A stretch of DNA of 32,603 bases from positions 1 to 32,603 of the forward strand of contig CAXHJY010001473.1 of the NCBI GenBank assembly GCA_964016885.1, written 5' to 3'. This DNA is from Eledone cirrhosa. Lineage: Eukaryota. Within the stretch, counting starts at the first letter, position 1, and each line of letters begins with the position of its first letter. Below are positions 24,387 through 32,603 of this stretch, piece after piece. Both the position numbers and the translations under genes were made by a program. The notes beneath the pieces are model-generated. The model made no database searches. It had not been told where the DNA came from and saw only the letters and a list, made by a program, of their open reading frames with translations.

Positions 24387-24462
24387 AGGACCCCGACGGC
24401 TGAGCTCCGGCCGTTTCGACATCTAGCTGTCGAAACGGCCGGAGCTCAGCCGTCGGGGTCCT
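24387..24462. repeat. Perfect 35-bp GC-rich inverted repeat with 6-nt loop
   Basis: AGGACCCCGACGGCTGAGCTCCGGCCGTTTCGACA-TCTAGC-TGTCGAAACGGCCGGAGCTCAGCCGTCGGGGTCCT. Confidence 0.95.
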
Positions 24463-24541
24463 ACGTTTCTTATATATTTGATATATATTTATCCTTATCG
24501 AGCCCTCTTTGGATTTTAGTCTTCAAATTTATTATTATTAC

Positions 24542-24605
<64 letters not shown>

Positions 24606-24919
24606 AGTAGAGTCGAAGTCATCGAAGTCAGTGTTGCGGCATACTATTGATATGTAACAATTCTTCCGATATCGATCAGCTCAGTGTACAATCACAATGA
24701 CGGGACCCAACTCGTCTTCGACATTTCCCCGGATATACGATTTTACATGTGCAAAAACCCATCTAAACTTAATATAATTGGAATACAAACCAACGCATAT
24801 ATATATATGTATATATATCCAAAATTAAGTTAAATTAAGGGTGTCATGTCAGATAGACATGCGCCATATCACCCGTAAAATATGCTCCAAGATTCCAATC
24901 AATTTCTAGTTTATATATA

Positions 24920-24977
<58 letters not shown>

Positions 24978-24980
<3 letters not shown>

Positions 24981-25410
24981 AGTATGTACACGTACATACA
25001 TATATGTATACCGACGTACAGTAGAATATATATATACATACATGCACACATATATATATATGTACGTATGGATTCACCGAACATTTATTATAATGCTCGG
25101 TGTGTTTGTAAATAAACATCCCGTATTAAGCCGTAGTGTCTAGCAACCATCGTTTCTCGTTTGTTCAACACTGACAAAGGAACGCTGTACTAGTTTCAAG
25201 CTTATTAGCTATCGTCAGCAACGTATACCTTCCTGCCAGATTGTTGAACGTACGGCTTAATACGGGATGTTTGTTTACAAACACACCGAGCATTATAATA
25301 AATGTTCGGTAAATCCATACGTACATATATATATGTGTGCATGTATGTATATATATATACATACTACTGTACGTCGGTATACATATATGTATGTACGTGT
25401 ACATACTTAT
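24978..25410. mobile_element. Foldback element: ~158-bp near-perfect inverted arms around a 115-nt spacer containing a hammerhead motif (Penelope-like derivative?)
   Basis: Arms at 24978-25135 and 25251-25410 are reverse complements with a few mismatches and TA-length differences. (TA)n lies immediately to the left and ~60 nt to the right. Confidence 0.8.
25182..25224 (-). ncRNA. Minimal type I hammerhead ribozyme motif
   Basis: Reverse complement: ACGUUG-CUGACGA-U AGC UAAUAA GCU U-GAAA-CUAG-UA-CAGCGU. It has a 6-bp stem I, intact core, palindromic stem III (ACUAGU) and a GUA cleavage triplet. Confidence 0.75.
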
Positions 25411-25924
25411 ATTTAAGTAACAGCCGTACTAAGAGTGGGAAATGAAATTTCGTTTCATTTTTTCCGTTTATATATATATATATATATATAAAATCATCTA
25501 ACCAACTAACTAGCTATTTAGGTATCTAAGAATCTTTTATACAACGATCTTCACCATATCGCAATCTAGCCATCTCATAATAATCTTAAACACATATAAA
25601 TACACAATGTTCCACAAATATATTTTTCATTTAACCCTTTCGTGGCCACATTTGTATGGAAAGACACTACCTATGATTCTCAAATCATTTTTGAAAACAA
25701 TCAAGAATTTAGCTGGTTTTGAAATACAATTTAACAAAGCTTCTTTCATAAAATTATGATGGAAGGCTTTTAGATAAATATAAACACTTTAAAATAAACG
25801 GCGTTGTATTATAGAACCAGGAGCGGTTTCAGGTAGTTTGATATCAAAAGGGTTAATACACTATTATTAAACACCATCCCGTTTACGATTCTGTATTTTG
25901 TATACACTTTTTTTTTTATTTCAG

Positions 25925-25975
25925 ACTGGTTGTTGTCCAAGCCTAACCTCTTGTATTAATCATCATGACCGAGAA
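25925..25975 (+). CDS. Gene B exon 4 (variable central insert of S-crystallins)
   Basis: Long T tract, tttcag|ACT...GAA|gtaagt, 51 nt, phase 0-0, open frame TGCCPSLTSCINHHDRE. It lies where S-crystallins carry their insert exon. Confidence 0.75.
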
Positions 25976-26029
25976 GTAAGTACCACGTTTCCTTATATAA
26001 TGAAGGGGAGGAATGCACAACCGTAAAGG

Positions 26030-26774
26030 GGATATCGTAGAATTGAAGAGAGTTCCATGTAATAGATATAAATAGGGGGAGAATTTGGCGTTAATTGATA
26101 TAGAGAGGGGGATTGGAAGAAAATTCTGTATAGTAGATATAGAGAGGGGAGAGTTTAGTGTTAATTTATGTAGATGGGAAATTGGGAGAGAGTGTTGTGT
26201 GGTTGATGTAGAGAGGAGGAGAGTTTGGTGGTAATGAATAATAGAGTGAAAAGATTGATAGAGATAGGTATTGATAGATATAGAGAGGTAGTGATAGAGT
26301 GAGAGGGAATGAGAGAGAGTGTTGTATGGTAGATATAGAGAGGGAATAGTTTGGTGTTAATTGATATAGAGGGTGGGATTGAAAGAGAGTTCCGTGTAGT
26401 AGATATAGAGAGGTGGAGAGTTTGGTGTTAATTAATATAGAGAGGGGGATTGGAAGAGAGTTTGGTGTATTAGATGTAGAGAGGGGGGTGGGGGTTGTAG
26501 ATATACGGTAAGGAATAACGGGAGTGTACCGTGTATTAGATATAGAGAGAGAGTGAGAGTTTAGGGGTGATTGATGTACAGAGGGTGGTTGGGAGAGATA
26601 GGTGTAGATATTTATATAGAGTGAGAGAGTGTATTAGTCTTAGATACAGAGAGTGGGATAAGAGAGGCGGTGTCGTGGTAGATGTAGAGAGGGGTAGAGT
26701 TAGGTTTTAGTAGAGAGGGGGATTAAAAGAGAGTTTTGTATGATAGACATAGAGAGGAGGAGAGTTTGGTGGCA
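26030..26774 (+). repeat. Purine-rich ~70-bp-unit satellite
   Basis: Roughly ten diverged units of AGATATAGAGAGGGGGAGAGTTTGGTGTTAATTGATATAGAGAGGGGGATTGGAAGAGAG...GTAGT. Confidence 0.8.
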
Positions 26775-27090
26775 CTCTCGGGTCTCAATAATAGGAGGGT
26801 TGGCAATAATGGGGGTGGGACTTGGTAAATAGGTAATTGTATAGTGTACGTTCGTTAATATGGCATTTCTTCTAATGTTCTTTTTTGTTATATATAATGT
26901 TTTTTAAATGTAAAATAAAATTATTATTAAATTCTCTAGCTTGTGTATCAATATGAATCACTTACACTAACATTTCGCCGGAGATGGATTAGCAATAAGC
27001 GGGTGGGGTGGAATAAAAACTGGTGTGGATGGTGGAAAAATCTGACAAATTAATAAGCCGGAGTGAGGACGATTATTCAAAACCTGAGAG
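26775..27090 (+). mobile_element. TA-target MITE, full length
   Basis: CTCTCGGGTCTCAATAAT ... ATTATTCAAAACCTGAGAG|ta. Confidence 0.75.
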
Positions 27091-27248
27091 TACTTGAATT
27101 ATTGACGGACGTAACAATGAAAACTCAATACTGAAGTAGAGTTTAAATATTCATTTATTATGACTAAGCCTTGTTACTCTGGAGTTTCAATTGCGTACTC
27201 TCCACACAAGATTGGTGATCCTGTGAGTGCGCAGGTGAAACTTTAGAG

Positions 27249-27456
27249 CAGTGATTCTCAACCAGTGTGCCGCGAGATCTTCCTAAGTGTGCCGCGAAAT
27301 TTTGAATGGCACACAAAGAACAAAAATATTATATATGAAACAGTTAATAAATATATCTGAAAAATATTATTTTTCATATATATTTATCCAGGTGTGCCAC
27401 TATTTTTTCATGTGTTCCAAGGTGTGCCGTTGGCAAGAAAAGGTTAAGAACCACTG
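27249..27456. mobile_element. hAT (Charlie-like) MITE with 8-bp TSD
   Basis: TIRs CAGTGATTCTCAACC / GGTTAAGAACCACTG. TSD CTTTAGAG / CCTTAGAG (1 mismatch). Internal GTGTGCCGCG repeats. Confidence 0.85.
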
Positions 27457-27496
27457 CCTTAGAGTAACAAAGTTCATCAATAGCCATAATAAATGA

Positions 27497-27589
<93 letters not shown>

Positions 27590-27697
27590 TGAGCAAATTG
27601 GGTATAATACCAGTTTCTTACCAAATGCGAAGAAGCTCGATGTATTAACCCCTTAGGAAAGGGTGCAGAGCATAATTTTTTACAATTATATATATAT

Positions 27698-27942
27698 AGA
27701 GTGGCGGTTGAACTGGGGGCGGGGTGACATGCCTCCACTCCAATAACTATATTCCCCCCCTCCCGCCCCCCAAACAACCAAAACACACATCTATTTAGAT
27801 ATGTGTTACAATTTATGTACATGTTATGGTCATCGCATATCGAAGTTTCCTGACCATTTTAGTGTGCAAAAAGCTTAACTAATCACTACAACTAAATTGT
27901 CCAAATCTGACACCTCCAATTTAGAAATGCTTCCACCACCCT

Positions 27943-27944
<2 letters not shown>
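27698..27944 (+). mobile_element. Uninterrupted, decayed copy of the 1495-7716 MITE
   Basis: Matches 1495-1610 joined to 7560-7716 (aaacacacatctattt...tgaccatttt...aatcactacaactaaattgtc...aatttagaaatgcttccacc). Confidence 0.75.
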
Positions 27945-28026
<82 letters not shown>

Positions 28027-28189
28027 GTGTGTTTGAAAATTTGTCAGTAATATACTTTACATTTCAATAAGCAAGATTGATTTGAATTTAATTTAGAGAA
28101 GCTTATAAATATAAATATAGAAATACATTAAGAGCTTGTGAAGTACTTTACTGCGATCTTTCCTAAGGTTAGTCTGCGCTGTACTTAAG

Positions 28190-28195
28190 ATATAC

Positions 28196-28227
<32 letters not shown>

Positions 28228-28284
28228 GTATATGTATATATATATGTATGTACATATATATATATGTACATACATATATATATA

Positions 28285-28348
<64 letters not shown>

Positions 28349-28516
28349 TATATATATGTATATATATATATATGTACATACATGTATATGTATGTATATA
28401 TCTATCTATATATATAAATGTACATATATATATGTATGTACATATATATATATGTATGCACACATATATATATACACATATATATATACATATATATATG
28501 TACATATATATATGCA

Positions 28517-28575
<59 letters not shown>
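28190..28575. repeat. (TA)n/(TATG)n microsatellite
   Basis: Read directly from the sequence. Confidence 0.95.
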
Positions 28576-28580
<5 letters not shown>

Positions 28581-28635
28581 TTGGTGCTCTGAAATAGCGA
28601 TATAGCATTTCGAAGACCTTATGCTATTGTTTTAG

Positions 28636-28707
28636 AGTAGTGACAGTCTCACTTACTTTAAACTTTCAGCAAACAGGGTATTCCGGGTTGAATCGGAGGT
28701 AACCTCA
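28636..28707 (+). CDS. Candidate gene B exon 5 (second insert exon)
   Basis: ttgttttag|AGT...TCA|gtaagt, 72 nt, phase 0-0, open frame SSDSLTYFKLSANRVFRVESEVTS. It is a unique island between microsatellites. There is no homology support. Confidence 0.55.
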
Positions 28708-28753
28708 GTAAGTAAAGTACTCCATACATAGCAGAGTATAAAAGTTTTAATAT

Positions 28754-29002
<249 letters not shown>

Positions 29003-29324
29003 GTGTGTGTGTATGTGTGTGTATGTACATATATATGTATGTACATATATATATATATAGAAAGATTTGAATGGATACAGTTTAGTTGAAAAGAATTTAT
29101 TGACACGTGTTTCTATAACAGTTACATAACCTGAAAACAGCTGCTATCCACAAAGTATTAGTTATGCAGACAATCAATATTTCAATGTTATTATTTACTG
29201 TCATTGCATCAGAATAATATTACTGAGGACCTGTTTGGTTTTTATAGAGAATATTAGGAGAGAGGGGTGAAGTTGTAGAAGAATAGTTGTGTAATATTTA
29301 TATTACAACACAACGGAAAATACT

Positions 29325-29377
29325 GTATATATATATATATAGATGTACATATATATATATGTATGTATATATATATG

Positions 29378-29433
<56 letters not shown>

Positions 29434-29493
29434 GTATGTATATATATATGTATATATATATATATATGTATGTATGTATATATATATATGTAT

Positions 29494-29538
<45 letters not shown>

Positions 29539-29586
29539 TATGTGTATATATATATATGTATGTATGTATATATATATGTATGTATG

Positions 29587-29620
<34 letters not shown>

Positions 29621-29625
29621 GTATG

Positions 29626-29672
<47 letters not shown>

Positions 29673-30195
29673 GTATGTATGTATATATATATGTATGTAT
29701 ATATATATATATGTATGTATGTATGTATATATATATGTATGTATGTATATATATATATGTATGTATGTGTATATATATATGTATGTATATATGTATGTAT
29801 GTATATATATATATATATGTATGTATGTATATATATATATATATGTATGTATATATATATGTATGTATATATATATGTATGCATATATATATATGTATGT
29901 ACATATATATATATATATAGAGAGATGTATATATATATATGTATGTACATATATATATATATAGAGAGATGTACATATATATATGTATATATATAAATAT
30001 GTATGTATATATATATGTATGTATATATATATATCTATGTATATATATGTATGTGTGTGTATGTATATATATATATGTATGTATATATATCTATGTATAT
30101 ATATATGTATGTGTGCGTATATATATATAGATGTATGTATATATATATATATCTATGTATATATATATATGTATGTGTGTGTATATATATATATA
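29325..30195. repeat. Degenerate (TA)n/(TATG)n microsatellite, ~870 bp
   Basis: Read directly from the sequence. Confidence 0.95.
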
Positions 30196-30366
30196 TTGTT
30201 ATACTTTGGAAGGGTCATGTTGCCAATAAGAAACCCACGCACCAGTTGCTTTCACTTCAATTTATTATATATTTATAAATTTATAAATTTATAAATCTAC
30301 AAATCTACAAACTTATAAGTTTCTGGTTGGTTGGTTGGTTCCACAACCAGATAGTTGTTTATATAT

Positions 30367-30411
30367 AGTCATAGTCCTTTCGTCACACACTCTGTGACCT
30401 CATCAGTGACT
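30367..30411 (-). ncRNA. Minimal type I hammerhead ribozyme motif
   Basis: Reverse complement: AGUCA-CUGAUGA-G-GUCACA GAGUG UGUGAC-GAAA-GGAC-UA-UGACU. It has a 5-bp stem I, 6-bp stem II with one extra G after A9, and a minimal stem III. Confidence 0.68.
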
Positions 30412-31129
30412 GGGGATTCCTTCTTTGTTTCTGTGCCTTTCCTTTCTTCTGTCCTACGCCATTTTGTTTCTGTGTGTGTGTTGTGTGCTCCGTTTGCGCA
30501 TGCGTCACATCCGGGTGTCTGTGTGTGTTTGTGTTCATTTATCTATTTGTTTATTTATTTACATGTTGTTGGTTGGTTGTTTGTTCTATGTGTGTGTGTG
30601 TTTTTATTTTGTCCTTAATTGTAAGTTGTGATGTTGCTGTTCCACTCATATTTTCTATTTAATTTTGGTTGTAATTCTTTTATGCTTACTGCCTCTGTAA
30701 TTGCCTCTGTAATATATATATATACACATATATATATATATATCGGCCATATATATATATATATATATATATCGGCCGTATTGGGCGAAAATGCCTGAGG
30801 CGTTGGGTGAAGATGATAGCTTATCTTTGTTTCATTAAGCTATTAACAACTGAAGACGGGATAACAATCCGTCGCAAGTTCAACACAGGTTGCTACTGTT
30901 ATTCATTTTCAGCTTCTTATTTTGTGTCAGTTACAGAGCTTGGCTAGATATGGTTCCTCCACAGCTGAATACATTGCAGTCTTTTCTCATTAAACTCTGC
31001 CAACTTCAATGCTGTACAGGGGTATTCCAGCAGAGGACATATCAGAGGGTGCTGCCTAGTCTGTGGTTCGATGCCGCAGTCACACACAACATTCCCAACC
31101 TTTAAATGTCCCCATTTTGCAAGATTGAC

Positions 31130-31280
31130 TTTTACACCAGATCCAGATATGAGTCTACTGAGACTACTGGAGCAACGTAGAATGACGTGCTTTGCTTAAG
31201 GACACATCACACCACTCAAGATTTGAACCCATGTTTTTAAGTTCGAGAGACCAATAGCCTGAACCCTAGGCCCCGTGCAT
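31130..31280 (-). mobile_element. Decayed tRNA-derived SINE head
   Basis: tgctttgcttaaggacac...gatttgaaccc resembles the reverse complement of the 21270 head. Confidence 0.5.
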
Positions 31281-31295
31281 TCCTGTGTTTATATA

Positions 31296-31645
31296 CTCTC
31301 GGGTCTCGAATAATCTCCCCCAGATTATTAATTTTCAAATTCTCCCCCACCCACCGCTTATTAAATTTTGCTAATCTATCTCCGGCAAAATGTTATCTAT
31401 AGTGGTAGCACTCCTGCGACAATTAATTTTCTTTAGCCATTAAAAAACATTATACATGACAAAAAAAGTACATTACTAGAAATCCCATACGTTATAAAAT
31501 AAATAGGATGTGTTGGAGCCTCAATATGTAAACTAAACGACTAATTCTGGTTTTTAAAAAAATCAACGGAGACAACCTAGAAAGATTACCGCTCTCCACC
31601 ACCCTCTCGTTTATTCCAACGCCCCTATTATTTGGGACCCTAGAG
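31296..31645 (-). mobile_element. TA-target MITE, full length
   Basis: ta|CTCTCGGGTCTCGAATAAT ... ATTATTTGGGACCCTAGAG|ta. Confidence 0.8.
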
Positions 31646-31698
31646 TATGTATGTATGTAATTATGTATGTATGCATTCATTATATTTTTCCGTTTCAG

Positions 31699-31806
31699 AA
31701 TGACATGAAATTTCGTTATATCGATACATGTAGAAGAATACTACCGTTTCTAGAGATGACGTTAGGATCCTTCAATTGTGGGAGGCAGTTTTTCATGGGA
31801 GAACAC
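31699..31806 (+). CDS. Gene B penultimate coding exon (last exon lies outside the window)
   Basis: tttcag|AAT...CAC|gtacgt, 108 nt, phase 0-0. Encodes NDMKFRYIDTCRRILPFLEMTLGSFNCGRQFFMGEH, with the S-crystallin TCRRILPF motif. Confidence 0.93.
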
Positions 31807-32164
31807 GTACGTTAACTTGATATTATTCTTTTTTGTGGGCAGAACATAAACTATTATTTTACACAGAAACTAATAACCAGCCATACCACTTCCACCTCGT
31901 CACATCTGATATCATTTACTCTCGTTTCTTCTAATTCAAATTGTGTTGAAAACTCTAGATATAGTTTAATTTTGGGCACAGCTGAAACACCGCTCTGACC
32001 TAGGTGTAGAGTCTGTCACCCTTCCTCCTTTTTTTCTTCCTTTGTCTAGTAGTCCTTGCTCTTCCCCTCGTTTTCTTCTCATTTATGGCATTTATAGTTC
32101 TTTCAAATACTACTTTCTTTTTCTGTATAGTTCAATATTCTTTCACTAATACTTGTGGACCCAG

Positions 32165-32470
32165 CATGTCCGAATGCTTAAGGGGTTCGCTTTGTAATCA
32201 TTAGCTCTGAAGTTCAATCCCACTGTATGGCATCTTCGGGTCGACTCATCTATTGTGAGTGAAATTGTGTAGACGAAAACTGTTAGAAAGCCTGTCGCAT
32301 GGATTGTACATGTAATTCAAAGGGCCAGCCTTGACAGAGACTGTATTACACTGAATCTCCCTTAGAACTACGTTAAGTGTACGTGTGTCTGTGGAATACT
32401 TAACAATTTACACATTCATTTTATGAGCAGGCTATTCTGTTCGTCGAACAACTGAATCATTAATCATCGA
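32165..32470 (+). mobile_element. Decayed SINE (second family)
   Basis: B-box-like AGTTCAATCCC head. The body is similar to 19110-19420 in reverse. Confidence 0.6.
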
Positions 32471-32603
32471 CGCAAGTCCATCGATTCTCCAATTATTCCT
32501 CCCTAGATCTACAATCTTTCAGTCCTGTCAGCTCTCCCCGTCCAACGGGGAGATCTCCCACCCACTTTGAGGTGCGTGAGAGATGTCTTCTCTTGTGAAA
32601 ATA

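Noticed and set aside
26030-26774. Regularly spaced repeats considered as a CRISPR-like array
   Set aside because: The units are degenerate tandem satellite without unique spacers, the context is eukaryotic, and there are no cas genes.
30845-30895. CTGAAGA-CGGGATAACAATCCG-TCGCAA hammerhead-like motif
   Set aside because: GCAA replaces GAAA, and stems I and III are unconvincing. It may be a degenerate relative but is not supportable.
32533-32553. 9-bp GC-rich hairpin TCTCCCCGT-CCA-ACGGGGAGA
   Set aside because: It is an isolated short stem with no supporting context. Prokaryotic terminator logic does not apply here.

Overview
This is eukaryotic, AT-rich, microsatellite-dense DNA, almost certainly from a cephalopod (octopus-like). 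It holds two tandem + strand S-crystallin/sigma-class GST genes. Gene A shows only its last two coding exons (9684-9791, 12453-12617). Gene B shows exons at 18621-18753, 20876-20971, 23626-23741, 25925-25975, probably 28636-28707, and 31699-31806; its last exon lies beyond the window. Introns and intergenic DNA are packed with transposable elements: a near full-length L1/Tx1-type LINE nested inside a 5-bp-TSD MITE, CRE- and RTE-clade fragments, many tRNA-derived SINEs, hAT and TA-target MITEs, a Helitron and a purine-rich satellite. The most unusual signal is a set of sequence-unrelated foldback (inverted-repeat) mini-elements sitting in or beside (TA)n tracts. They carry minimal or variant type I hammerhead ribozyme motifs of the Penelope-associated kind (25182-25224 -, 30367-30411 -, 1-35 -, 28804-28862 +), plus a hairpin centred on a hammerhead-like half at 24387-24462. 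All calls were made by eye, with no database searches. Most ORFs in the supplied track are microsatellite artefacts.
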